Positions 23,356-37,251 of a DNA stretch of 64,000 nt are shown here, one piece after another. The stretch is taken from positions 992,001-1,056,000 of the forward strand of contig CM030337.1 in the NCBI GenBank assembly GCA_017654855.1. The letters are read 5' to 3'. The stretch is from Podospora anserina. Its lineage: Eukaryota. Every line of letters begins with the position of its first letter. Position 1 is the stretch's first letter. The notes beneath the pieces are model-generated. The model had not been told where the DNA came from, searched no databases, and saw only the letters and a list, made by a program, of their open reading frames with translations. The translations under genes were made by a program, and so were the position numbers.

Positions 23356-24567
23356 CTACTCCCCTATCCTCACCTCCCAAGCCCTCACAACCCCATCATC
23401 CCCCGTCGTAACCAACATCTCCTCCTGCCTCCCCTCCGCCCCCTTATCAAACCTCCTACACCAAGTAACATGATTAACCTCATACGGCCCATGCGCACCC
23501 TCCACCTTCGCCCTAACCTTCCACTCCTTTGTCTCTTCATCCTCCTCATAAACAACCAACAACCCATCCCCCCCCGTCGTAGCCACCAATCCACTCTCCC
23601 CACTCCAACCAACCGAGTAAATCTCCCTAGTGTGAACCCTCGGCAACACCCCCTTAACCTCCCACTCCTCCCTCAAACTCTGCCTCATCCTATTCGGCAC
23701 CCCTCCCCACCTACTATCCCCCTCCTCTTCCTCTCCCTCCTCCTCCTTGAGTTCCCAAACTTTAACCCCCCCCTCCGCCCCAGCAGTCATCAACCTCTGA
23801 TACCTCCCATTTTCCCTCTCCCTTTTCTCCCACTCAACCCCCCAAACAGTCCCAACCCCCCCCTCCAGCACACTCACACACCCCCACTCCCCATCCTGAT
23901 CCTCCCTCCAAACCCTAACCGTATCATCATAACTCCCACTAGCCAAACAATCACTCCCATACCTCCTCCCATCATGCCTCTTCCCCTGTTTAAAACCCGG
24001 CGCAAAAGCCACAGTTTTCACATCCCCATCATGCTCACTTAAAACAGCAACCGTCTCCCAATCCTCATCCTCCTCTCCATCCTCCCCTCCCGATAAGTGC
24101 TCCCATATCCAAATCGATTTATCCCTACTGCAAGTAGCTAGATACTGTCCCGACGGACTAAAACTTAACGACTTGACTTCGTTTTCGTGGCCTTCGAGCA
24201 CGAGGGTGAATTCCCATTCTTCCTCCTCCTCCTCCTCCTCCTCCTCCCCTTGACCGATGGGTTTTTCGAGCGTGGCAGCAGGGTTGTAAGTCCAGATCCC
24301 GGCCGTGGAGTCAAAACTGCCGGTTACGAGACGCAGGGTTTGAGAGGAAGAGGAAGGCTGCCAGGCGCAGGATCGGATGGAGCGGCTGTGACCCCCCGTG
24401 AGGGACGAGTGCTTTGAAAAGGTCGCGAGGGAAAACACGGTGACGGTCTTGTCGTGGGTTGTTGCTAGGAGGGGGAGGGAGGGGTGGGGGGTTGATTGCC
24501 AGGCGCGGGTGTAGAGGTCGGGAGTGAAGGTTGCTAGGGGGAGGAGTTGTATTGGTGGTGGTGGCAT
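23356..24567 (-). CDS. CIA1: Cytosolic iron-sulfur assembly WD40 protein Cia1
   Basis: GGHSRSIRSCAW, LEGHENEVKSLSFSPSGQYLATCSRDKSIWIWE, HDGDVK, LASGSYDDTVRVWRE and AHGPYEVNHVTW. Confidence 0.93.
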   Translation of the reverse strand: MPPPPIQLLPLATFTPDLYTRAWQSTPHPSLPLLATTHDKTVTVFSLATFSKHSSLTGGHSRSIRSCAWQPSSSSQTLRLVTGSFDSTAGIWTYNPAATLEKPIGQGEEEEEEEEEEWEFTLVLEGHENEVKSLSFSPSGQYLATCSRDKSIWIWEHLSGGEDGEEDEDWETVAVLSEHDGDVKTVAFAPGFKQGKRHDGRRYGSDCLASGSYDDTVRVWREDQDGEWGCVSVLEGGVGTVWGVEWEKRERENGRYQRLMTAGAEGGVKVWELKEEEGEEEEGDSRWGGVPNRMRQSLREEWEVKGVLPRVHTREIYSVGWSGESGLVATTGGDGLLVVYEEDEETKEWKVRAKVEGAHGPYEVNHVTWCRRFDKGAEGRQEEMLVTTGDDGVVRAWEVRIGE

Positions 24568-25067
24568 TGTTGCGGTTGTGGTCTGGAGATGGGGAAATGA
24601 TAGCTGGAAAAGGGAACGGTGAGTAATATGGTAGAGCTGGAGGAGAAGGAAATAATCTTACCAGAAAAAAAAGGTTATAAATCTGTCACCAAATGTCCAT
24701 CGCGGTTGTGACTGTTGACTAGTAAAGAGTGCCCCTCCAAAAAGCGCCCCTCACTGGCAGAATTACGGCCACCGGCTCCGATCCCGCTTAGAGCCCCACT
24801 TACACCGAGAGCTTCCCTGGATGATGGATGCAATCAGAACAGTCAACATAACTAACTGTATAGCTCCCAGTTAAGACAAGACAAATCATTCTCTTTCATA
24901 TATTACTCAAAATCGCTATCCCTAATACACCAGAATGCTACTATCAAAATATGCTGTTTACTGTTCTCACCTCCGTCCCGTCCCTGAATGTTGCCCAAAC
25001 TAAAAGACCCAAACCCTCATCCCATCCCATCCCATACCCAAAACGCCTTGAATATCAAACTATGTAC

Positions 25068-26922
25068 TTATGCACTCCCCAACCCAGCCGCCTCCCTCGC
25101 CTCCTCAGCCGACAACCTCACCTCCACCCCCCCGTTCACCATCCTTTCGTCCTCCTCCCTAATCCTCCTCTCCACCTCCATCTTCCCATCCTTCCCCCAA
25201 TACCCCGCCTTCTCCTCCCCCTTCACGCAAGCCTCCGTAATGAGCACATACGGCGTCGGCGCATCGTACATCGGCTCCGCCAACACCCTCTCCATCTCCA
25301 TCTTCAGCCCTCTCGCCCCCGTCTCGTTCTTCGCTGCCCTTTCCGCGATGGCGTACAGTGCCGACCGGGTGAAGAACAGCTTGCTAGGGTAGGTTTCAAA
25401 CAGGGCCGTGTATTGCGCCACGAGGCTATTTCTTGGTTCAGTCAAGATGCGATAGAGCTCTTCGAGAGAGAGTGGACTAAGCGCGCAGATGTTGTGCAAC
25501 CTGCCAATGAGCTCGGGGATAAAGCCAAAGGCTTGGAGATCCGCGGGTGTGGTTAGGTCGAGGGGGGTGAAGTTGGGTTCAAAGATTGGTTGGTGAGGGA
25601 GATGGCGGTAGGATTCCAGAGGAAGGATATCCTTCAGACTGTTTGTCGAGGAGAATGACCTCCCGCCTCGGATTTCTGAACCGAACCCGATGGAGGGTTT
25701 GGACACCCTCCTCAGAACGGTTTTATCCAGCCCTACAAAGGCGCCACAGAAAACAAACAGAATGTTGGTGGTGTCAATGGTGTACTGGTCGACTTTCCCC
25801 GATGGGGGCGCTTGTGGTGGTGTGGTTGATCCGTAACCGGTGGGGGGCTGGTTTTGTGTGCGAGAGGGCCGGTTGTCCTTGACAGTGATGGTGACCTTGG
25901 TGCCTTCTACCAGCTTCAGCAATGCTTGCTGAACACCCTCTCCGCCTACGTCTCTTCCGTTGACGGTTTCTTTTCTAGCGATCTTGTCAAACTCGTCGAG
26001 GACAATGATTCCATGCTCGGCGGCCTTAACGTCGTAGTTGGCTTCGATGAGGAGACGCTCGATGCAGGATTCGACGTCTTGGCCGATGTAGCCTGCTTGG
26101 GTGAAGGAGTTGCAGTCGCTGATAGTGAAGGGGACGTTGAGTTTTTTGCTGAGGGTTCTGCACGGCTGTAAGCAAGGGGCCCAATTCTACATCAGCAAAG
26201 AAGTGAACTCACTCCAAGATATACGTCTTTCCCACGCCCGTAGGACCAATCAAGAGCAGGTTACTCTTGTCAATCTTGACATGGTTCGGCACCGTCAGGT
26301 CCTCCTGAATGTAAAAGTTGTCCGAGGGTGCCTCAAATGGGTCTTCGAGAACTTCATTGTGGGTGCCCCGTACGGACTCGTGGTGACCGGGAAATTCGTC
26401 TTCAGCAACATGACGGATGTTAGTCTGCTGCCGCCACGATTTGGGAGCATAAGCAGAACGATCAGAGTGCCTTCGCCCACCTTCGACAGGGTGTACAGGC
26501 GCGCTGTAACCTGTGCGCTCAAAGATCTCGCGGTCCTGAGCAAACTTTTGTCTCTGGATCTTTTCCCTCAGATGTTGATCCTGCAGCTCGTGGTGTTGAC
26601 GCCGCCGGAGCCCTTGGTAGTGGTTGAAGATGACGGAGCAGATGGTCTTCTTCGCCCGGTCCTGGCCCACCACGTAGTCGTCTACCCTCTTTTTCAGATC
26701 TCGGGGGTAGAACTGCGGGACGCCAAACTTGGACTTGGAGAAGATGGGACCGCGGCCGGTGTCCTGTGTCGGATCGTAGCTTGACGTGAAGCCTGAGTTG
26801 AAGTAATTAGATCGGCGGGGGGAGGCGAGGAGGATGCTCGAGGTTGAATAGGCTGGGCTCCGAAGCCGGGCAAATCGCGGAGTTGCGCATAGAGGCGCCA
26901 GCGGTCTAGTCAAGACCAACAT
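25068..26922 (-). CDS. MCX1: Mitochondrial ClpX chaperone (Mcx1)
   Basis: DDYVVGQDRAKK, KIDKSNLLLIGPTGVGKT, FTQAGYIGQDVE, GEGVQQALLK, GFIPELIGRL and TGARGL. Introns 26158-26212 and (in-frame) 26400-26480. Confidence 0.92.
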
Positions 26923-27268
26923 GATGGTATGCTTGAGCTACTGTCATGCTCGGGAGAAGGCAGCTCGCGGGTGCGATCGGCGTACGTGGTAGGGGTCGGA
27001 GCACGGACGGTAAGAGTCAGGAAGAGGCGTAGGTGATTTAAGAATGTTTTAGTAACAAGAGGTTTGCCGGTATCAGTCAGGATGGAGAAAAACCGAGAAG
27101 GGAGTGTTTGCGATGGCACACATCATTGTGCTAGCCCGTGAGACAATGGCAACGGTGGTTAGAGCACCTGGATGACCCGGAGTGCGGGGGAGAAGCACCG
27201 ACCACCGCCCGCGCGTCGCGCATCTCCCTGGAGAGAGCTCTCCACCTCCACCTGAGCTCCGGAAAGCT

Positions 27269-27876
27269 CCCCTCCTTGTCTGCCCGTCAGTGCTCGTCAG
27301 TGTCAGTGTCAGTGTCATCTTAGCAAGGACCCCACCAAACCTAGCTCAGCCAGAGGAGGCGAATCGGGTCATGGCGTCGATATCAGCTCCCCCTCTCTAT
27401 CTCTTCTTGTCCGAACTTCGGCTGGCGTGGGCTGGACTGGTCGGACTGCTGCATCTCTGCGATAAGCGGGCTTCAGACTCCCCTCCAGGGGCAGGTCACA
27501 GATGAATGGCGCATGAGTTTTGGCTCCCAACGGGCACGGCACAGAAAGGGGCATTGCTGCAGGTAATACACGCACACAAATACACGCTGGGTTTGCACCA
27601 GGCGTGGAGCCCCTTCCCACTGGTGGGTTGTATTGGGCTGCACTAGGAGGGGCTCCAATGATGTAATTAGCATCTACATACCAACTGAAAGACCCCTTTG
27701 GGCTTTTATCAACCTCACACCACATCTTCCCAGAACACACCATCTATATCTGTGTCGAACCCAGCGAAAGCCCAATCTTTCGTTTCTCTCCTCGACGTCT
27801 TCTTCCCACCCAAGCAACAATTTGAAAGCGTTCTCGTCTTGATAGCTTGTCCCGGAAGCGTCAGCTGGCTGCCCCT
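27269..27876. promoter_or_regulatory. Cluster of STRE (CCCCT/AGGGG) elements in the MCX1-GLC3 divergent promoter
   Basis: About nine copies (27269, 27390, 27480, 27487, 27547, 27610, 27648, 27693, 27872). STRE control of glycogen genes is known for yeast Msn2/4 and Neurospora SEB-1. Confidence 0.45.
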
Positions 27877-27965
27877 CCTTCAAGTCACGCTAAGAAGCAC
27901 CCTACGAGGCGATTTGATATTCCTGTTTGACGTACTCTTCAATTCACAAATTTTCATCAAACAAG

Positions 27966-30304
27966 ATGGATCCCGTTGCTCTTGAATCGTCCAACACCCT
28001 GGCCAAGAATGGTCATACCGCTGGTAACATCCCCAATGATGGAACTGGTACGTCCTATCCCAACATGCCAAGATGTGGACTGGCAGTGAAGCTGACATGA
28101 ATCAGGCGTGGTTGCCCTCGATCCCTATCTTGAGCCATTCAAGCCTGCGTTGAAGAGACGCTTTGACAAGGCTCAAGAATGGATCAAGAAGATTGAGAAG
28201 ACCGAAGGTGGTCTGGACAAGTTCAGCAAGGTATGATCCACCACTGCCAATGACAGGGACTTTACTGACCATCCCAGGGCGCCGACACATTTGGCATCCA
28301 TCAAAATGACGACGGCAGCATCTACTACAAGGAATGGGCACCCAATGCCAAACAGGCAGCTGTCATTGGTGAATTCAACAACTGGGACCGCAATGCCCAT
28401 CGCATGACGAGGAACGACTTTGGTGTCTTTGAGATCACCATTCCTCCCACCTCTGACGGCAAAGCTGCCATCCCCCACAACTCCAAGATCAAGATCTCTC
28501 TTGAGCTCCCAGACGGGCAGTGGATCGACAGACTACCGGCCTGGATCAAGTATGTCACCCAGGATCTCTCCGTCTCGCCCGCCTACGACGCTCGGTTCTG
28601 GAACCCCCCCGCCTCTGAGAGGTACTCTTTCAAGCACCAGAGGCCCAAGAGGCCAGAGAGCTTGAGGATCTACGAAGCCCATGTCGGTATCTCGTCACCA
28701 GAGCTCAGGGTTACCACCTACAAGGAATTCACCAAGAACATGCTCCCACGCATCAAGAGCCTGGGTTACAACGCCATCCAGCTCATGGCCATCATGGAAC
28801 ACGCCTACTATGCCAGCTTCGGCTACCAGGTCAACAACTTCTTCGCCGCCAGCAGCAGATATGGCCCGCCTGAGGACCTGAAGGAGTTGGTCGACACGGC
28901 TCACAGCCTGGGACTCGTTGTTCTTCTCGATGTTGTTCACAGTCACGCTTCCAAGAACGTCCTGGACGGCCTGAACGAGTTTGATGGCACAGACCACCAG
29001 TACTTCCACGCGGGTGCCAAAGGAAAGCACGAGCTCTGGGACAGCAGACTGTTCAACTATGGCCACCATGAGGTGCTCAGATTCCTCTTGAGCAACTTGA
29101 GATTCTGGATGGACGAGTACCACTTTGATGGATTCCGGTTCGACGGTGTTACTAGCATGCTTTACCTTCATCACGGTATTGGAACGTAAGTCTTAGAGCC
29201 TATCCCCAACCCCGTGGCAGTCATTGACCGACACTTAACAGCGGCTTCTCGGGAGGTTACCACGAGTACTTTGGTGCTGATGTCGACGAGGAGGCTGTTG
29301 TCTACCTCATGTTGGCCAACGAACTGCTTCACGAACTCTACCCTGACGTCATCACGGTTGCTGAGGATGTCTCTGGCATGCCGGCGCTTTGTCTGCCACT
29401 CTCACTGGGTGGTGTTGGCTTCGACTACAGACTTGCCATGGCCATTCCCGACATGTGGATCAAGATCCTCAAGGAGAAGAAGGATGAGGAGTGGGACATT
29501 GGCAACATTACCTTCACCCTCACCAACCGCCGCCACGGCGAAAAGACGATCGCCTATGCCGAGAGTCACGATCAAGCGTACGTTTCTCCTCACCCAAGAG
29601 ATTTGCTATTTCGATGCTAACTCTACTCTAGTCTTGTCGGTGACAAGTCTCTCATGATGCATCTGTGCGACGCTGAGCTCTACACCCATATGTCTACGCT
29701 CACCCCATTGACCCCGGTTATTGACCGCGGTATGGCCTTGCACAAGATGATCCGTCTGTTGACCCATGCTCTCGGAGGCGAGGGCTACCTCAACTTTGAG
29801 GGCAACGAGTTTGGTCACCCCGAGTGGTTGGACTTCCCCCGCGAGGGCAATCAGAACTCTTTCTGGTATGCTCGCCGCCAGCTGAACCTGACCGAGGACC
29901 GCCTCCTTCGGTATCAGTTCCTCAACAACTTTGACCGCTCCATGAACTTGTGCGAGAACAAGTATGGCTGGCTGCATGCTCCCCAGGCGTACATCTCGCT
30001 CAAGCACGAGGGTGACAAGGTCATCATCTTTGAGCGGGCTGGCGTGGTGTTTGCTTTCAACTTCCACCCAACACAGAGCTTTGAGAACTACCGCATCGGT
30101 GTCGATGTCGCAGGCACATATAGGGTTGTGCTCGACTCTGACACCAAGGAGCACGGCGGCTTTAGCAGAGTCGACTCGAACACACGGTTCTTCACCGAGC
30201 CTCTGGAGTGGAACCACCGGAGGAACTGCACTCATATCTACCTCCCTTGCAGGACTGCTCTGGTCTTTGCTTTGGAGTCGACCACCACTCCCAACGGTCA
30301 CTGA
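27966..30304 (+). CDS. GLC3: 1,4-alpha-glucan (glycogen) branching enzyme, GH13_8
   Basis: [58 protein letters not shown] and [12 protein letters not shown]. Introns 28048-28105, 28231-28277, 29186-29241 and 29578-29631. Confidence 0.96.
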
Positions 30305-31071
30305 CTGCAGCAGGCGGTGTCTTGGGTCACCCGGTTAGGTGGCTTTTAAATACTGGGTTATCAAAAGGTGTTGGAGGCATATTCTTGGTGTAGATATTTT
30401 CTTGTAAAAGCGGATGGGAAAATCCCCAAAGATAGACAGGTTCACAAAGAAATGTATGAGAATGTACATTGAGCAATTGGTGTGTTATGTTTCAAAAGTC
30501 TTGAGTGGGAGGAGCTTCGTTCGTGCGAGGATCCAAGCTGACAATTGAGTTCAGCCAAAACCCAATCAGCTCCAGGGGCTCCATCCCGGGACGTCCCGGC
30601 AAGCCATCTCAACAGCAGCGGGACAGTTCTCAGGGTTGGCAACGGCCATTGAGGGGAAACCAACGCCCAAAAGAATATGCAACTGCCATGATGCAATATT
30701 CCAACCGAGTCCAGAGCTCCCCTTGAAAATTGCAAAAGGATTGGCCCAAGAGCGGGGGACCACGGACCATCACCTGCTAGATAGTTACAGTGGTGAGGGG
30801 AAAGACCTCGACAGGTTCGTGAGAGATCGGGGAAAGGAAAGAAGGGAAGAGCTGGAAGCCAACAGAATGGCTGGTGCTGTCGATAAAATGTGGGTCCGCT
30901 CAGTCAAAAAGCTCCAAACTTGGAATCCGTCAGGTCACGTGGAAAGATGGAGCTCCGCAGCTTCTAGCCGAAAGCTCATCGAGAGATTTTCGAACCCGTT
31001 TTCTTCCTCCTCCAAGCCATTCTCTCTGCCTTGCACATCCACCATCCAAGTCCGCCCTTACCATCGTCAAG

Positions 31072-33220
<2,149 letters not shown>

Positions 33221-33503
33221 TTTGGTGGTGGCGAGGTGTAAAAGTGGGAAGGAATCGGCGACCTGTGTATAGAAGCGAAAATGGTTTCCGGGGAGTTCCC
33301 TAGCTCAGTCAAGTTTCTTTTGTGAGCTGTGTATCAATTGAGTCTTTCCACGTTATCTCTGTGTGTATCCCCTTGTTATGTCTGTTCCATTTCGTCTGAT
33401 GTCTGTGTGTGAAAGTCTCGGCATTAGATTTGGTACACATGGTGGTGGGATAAAAGGGGGGGCCAATGGGAGATTTTGATTGCTGATATATAGTAAATGA
33501 AGG

Positions 33504-33728
33504 TTTAGCCTGTGTCGTCCTCTGTGCTTTGTGAAAGAGCAGTTGTCGTATGGGTGACGGGATTTTAAGAGTCCGTCGAATGGAGGGCTTTGGGGGGTAA
33601 TATCCGGGGATTAAACCATGTGATGTGAATCCGGGGTGTCGATCCAGGCCTGGGGATCATGGGGGTATGGAAAGGGGATTGATGGGGGGATGGTGAGTAG
33701 GAGGGACGGGTAAGGGAAAGAGTATAAA
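33504..33728 (+). promoter_or_regulatory. Hemicellulase-type promoter: XlnR/Xyr1 site, three CreA/Cre1 sites, TATA
   Basis: GGCTAAA on minus at 33504-33510. SYGGRG at 33604, 33631 and 33650. TATAAA at 33723-33728, about 110 nt before the esterase ATG. Confidence 0.5.
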
Positions 33729-33838
33729 GTGACAGGTCTTGGCCGCAGGAGATTTCTTTCTGCTGGGAGGATATCATCGTCATCCTCCCCACTCTATTCT
33801 TTTCGTTTCAACCTCAATTGACTCACCGACGGTCAGCC

Positions 33839-34465
33839 ATGGCTTGGTCGATGTCGACTCTAGTCCGGCTTGTTGCCCTGGCTGCTGGGGGTGTTATGGG
33901 AGCGCAGTTGACGGCTGTGACTTATCCTAATAATGCTACTAGTAAGCCGCAGATGTGAGTTTTTCCTCTGTCTCTTCATTACTTATGGTGTGCGTGGTTG
34001 GGTTGTTTTTGGCCCTCCACCAAGCAGCCTTTGTTTAACGTGGTCATGATGGCTGTGGTTTCCTTTTTTCTTTTTTTTCTTTTTTTTCTTTTTTTTCTTT
34101 TTTTTCTTTTTTTTCTTTTTTTTCGTTTTTTTTCCATGGAGGGGAATAGGATGTGAGAGACTTTGGTTTAGGTAGTTGAGTGATGGGAACCCAGAGGGTG
34201 AAGGTGGAAAGGAGGGAAGGAAGGAGGGGGGGGGTTGTCTGGTAAAATTTGGGAGCTGATGATAAATTTGGCAACAGGCACGTCTACGTCCCTGACAAGC
34301 CCTGGTCCGGTCAGGGAAAAGGACCGCTGGTTGTCGCGATCCACTCCTGCCAGAGCTCCGGGCCGAGTTATTTTAATAATGCAAAGATCCCTTGGAGGCA
34401 GGGGAGTGACAGGAAGGGGTATGTCACTGTCTGGCCTAGCAGTCCCAACAATGGGGGTTGGTGAG

Positions 34466-34550
<85 letters not shown>

Positions 34551-35238
34551 CTTTTGTCTTCCCAATCTGACGATCGAAGCTGGGATGTGAGCTCGAAGAG
34601 ATCCTTGGTCAGGAACGGAGGTGGTGACAGCCACGCGATTGCAAACATGATCCTCTACGCCATCGAAAAGTACAACATTGACAAGGAAAATGTTTTTGTC
34701 ACGGGGGGTTCGTCGGGGGGGATGATGAGCAATGTCATGGCGGCTGCGTATCCTGATTTGATCAGGGCTGTTTCGCTTTATAGCGGGGTGCCGGCGGGTT
34801 GTTTTGTTAGTAGTGGAGGGGGGGTGGCGCAGTGGAATAATAGTTGTAGTGGGGGGCAGAGTAGAGCTTCTGCTGAGCAGTGGTATGTTTTCCCCTTTCT
34901 GTTCTCTTCAAACGTGGGATGCTTATATGGGTGACAGGGGGAATGTGGTGAGAGCAATGTACCCAGGGTATACCGGTCCTAGACCCAGGATGCAGGTCTG
35001 GCATGGCAGTGCGGATGGGACTCTGAGCCCGAACAACTACCAGGAGACGATCAAGCAGTGGACGAATGTGTTTGGGTTGAGCCAGACGCCGACGAGCACG
35101 GTGCAGAATTTCCCGGAGAGGAACTACAGCACGGAGAACTATGGGACGGAGGGGATGTTGCAGGGGATTTGGGCGCAGGGGGTGGGGCATAGTGTTCCGA
35201 GTAATTTGACGGCTAGTGAGCAGTGGTTTGGGATTTAG
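33839..35238 (+). CDS. Secreted acetylxylan esterase (CAZy CE1, PHB-depolymerase-like esterase family)
   Basis: Signal peptide MAWSMSTLVRLVALAAGGVMGAQL, PLVVAIHSC, GCWDVSS, nucleophile elbow VTGGSSGGMM, WHGSADGTL and GVGHSVP. Introns 33955-34277, 34461-34579 and 34883-34937. No CBM1. Confidence 0.9.
34064..34134. repeat. (T8C)n-type pyrimidine minisatellite in esterase intron 1
   Basis: About 7 imperfect copies of TTTTTTTTC. Confidence 0.85.
34469..34546. repeat. Perfect (TC)~39 microsatellite in esterase intron 2
   Basis: Uninterrupted TC dinucleotide run starting 8 nt after the GTGAGT donor. Confidence 0.95.
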
Positions 35239-35583
35239 GGGGGTGATGTGAGGTGTTGGTGAGATGGATGGGGATGTTGGTCGTGGAGGGGGACGTGTTG
35301 GTTGGGATAGGAGGAGATGCTGGTCGGGATAGGAGGAGATGTTGGTCGTGGAAGAGGCGATGGGTGGTTGGAGAGTATGAAGCAGTGTTTGGTGATGTGT
35401 TGGTTGTTTGGGAAAAGAGCTGTTGCTGGTCGGTAGGGTAGGCAGCTCGATGAATCAAAACAGAAACAACTAAGAAAACAAAGTATAGCCCAAAATGCAA
35501 TACCAAAAAGTAGCTTTACCACGGACTCGAACCAGGCAGTGCCGGCGCCAGCGCTGCGGGTTGACTTCGCCCTGACATAGGTA

Positions 35584-36900
35584 CTATGGGTTAACTGAGG
35601 CAACCGCTCGAGACCGCCACCTTAGCCACTTGGACATTGATATTTTGTTGAGGATCTGTGTTATGGGCTGCGCTCCTGCTTTGTCCGGATGGTGGGACTC
35701 GATCGTTCCTGCCATTTTTGACTTGACTTGGTTCTCGAAGGTTGCTCTTTCCTTTGCTGAATCTTTAAGTCGAGAGTTGTCAGCTCCGTCCAATGAGGAG
35801 TAACGACTCTTGTCGACTATCTGACCTATGCTTGACGCACCAATACTCAGGTAGGGTTGAGAAGCTGTTTATTTTATTCGTGATTGATTGAAGGTGGGCT
35901 TATCACTTCTGACCACTTATGGCACACCATGTTTAAAATGAAGATTCCCCCTCGGGTTTAACGGAAATCACTCGGCCGTCACCGTCGGGGAATCGACTGG
36001 CGGAAAGTTGAGTGCTACACCTACTCGAACGGAGTCTATTGTCCGAGGTATGTGTGTGTACAGCCCCATGCGAATGTTGGCTAGCGGTTACCCGAGTATC
36101 AAAATCTGGATTGGGAAACTAAATCAAGAGCCACGATATGTCTACCGACAGACTTCTCTCGGAAACCCTGTGTCGTGATGAGAGCTGGTGACGCAGGCTT
36201 GAGCCAGCTCGCTGTCGAACAACATGTAGCTAACCTCTCCCAGAAGCATAGGTTTGCCAGAATCTATTGATCCATCATAGCCTATCGACCCCAACTAACA
36301 GGTGCATCTTGAAGCTGCCAGTGTTATGATTACCTAATAATTACCTACTGATACTAATTTGGCCCTTGGATACAACAAGCTCCATAGGAGCACCATAGGA
36401 GCACCATAACGAACACACAACTCACCACAGCCCAAACCGAGAACTTGGCAGTTCGCGCATCCATGTTTGCTGTCCAGTTGCAAGACATTGGCCAAGGAAT
36501 ACACACAACCACCAACTGTTAGTAAGGTCATCTGTTCCATTACCCCTTGGAACCCCCCAATGTACCTCTAGGGTTACTAGCAAGTTACAATCAGAGATTC
36601 GACGCTCGAAAATTGTGCCTACAACCGATGAAATGGGAACGTACGAGATGGTCAACTTCGTCAATATTTATTGCATCTTGACCACAAAATCGATACCTGA
36701 TTTCTGATGATACTTTCGACATCCAGCGCATAGAAGACATGAAAGTCAAGCTACCACTGATGCGAACCATTTCCTCGAAGGTTCTTATTATGAAGCCATT
36801 GTGCCACATAACGGATTGATCGTGAGTTCAACCTTGCTATGAAGTTTCCCGAAGCAGTGTGGTCACCTCCTGGTTATCTGGTATATTTTGATCAGTGTAA
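35584..36900 (-). pseudogene. Possible decayed protein-coding relic
   Basis: Minus-strand stretches read protein-like but are broken by stops (e.g. FIARLNSRSIRYVAQWLHNKNLRGNGSHQW*LDFHVFYALDVESII). No recognisable domain. Confidence 0.2.
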
Positions 36901-37182
36901 CCGATTACACAGCGTCGAGGTATAGCAGCCTTTCTGGAACTGGTTCGTTTTCGGTCTAGGAACACCAACATCATACTGTTTCTTTACCTAGTCAAGCATT
37001 GTCTTGTCACCTTCTCTCTGTTATGAGCCGTTTTAGGTATGCCTCACTGAAACCAAAACCACACAGTACACTCTTCTCTTATATGTGAGGCAAATAGGGC
37101 AACATTCGTGGCTGTCATCCTTCCAAGATTCATTCCATACTTTGGTAGTAGCCAGGCACGGAAGGATGCCACAGGCTCGATT

Positions 37183-37184
37183 TT

Positions 37185-37243
<59 letters not shown>

Positions 37244-37251
37244 CCAATCAA
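37183..37251. repeat. (TCAA)n tetranucleotide microsatellite with CCAA interruptions
   Basis: About 17 units, directly visible. Confidence 0.9.

Noticed and set aside
23296..24042. 248-aa Pro/Leu-rich plus-strand ORF; similar ORFs at 14757..15647, 24951..25556 and 44346..45188
   Set aside because: By-products of G-rich sense strands of real genes on the opposite strand.
34235..34648. ORFs with (SL)n or (RE)n
   Set aside because: Read-through of the intronic (TC)n microsatellite of the esterase gene.
35584..36900. Premature-stop correction by sexual-stage A-to-I editing as an explanation of the broken ORFs
   Set aside because: Stops include TGA and TAA plus frame changes, not a single UAG in an otherwise intact gene.
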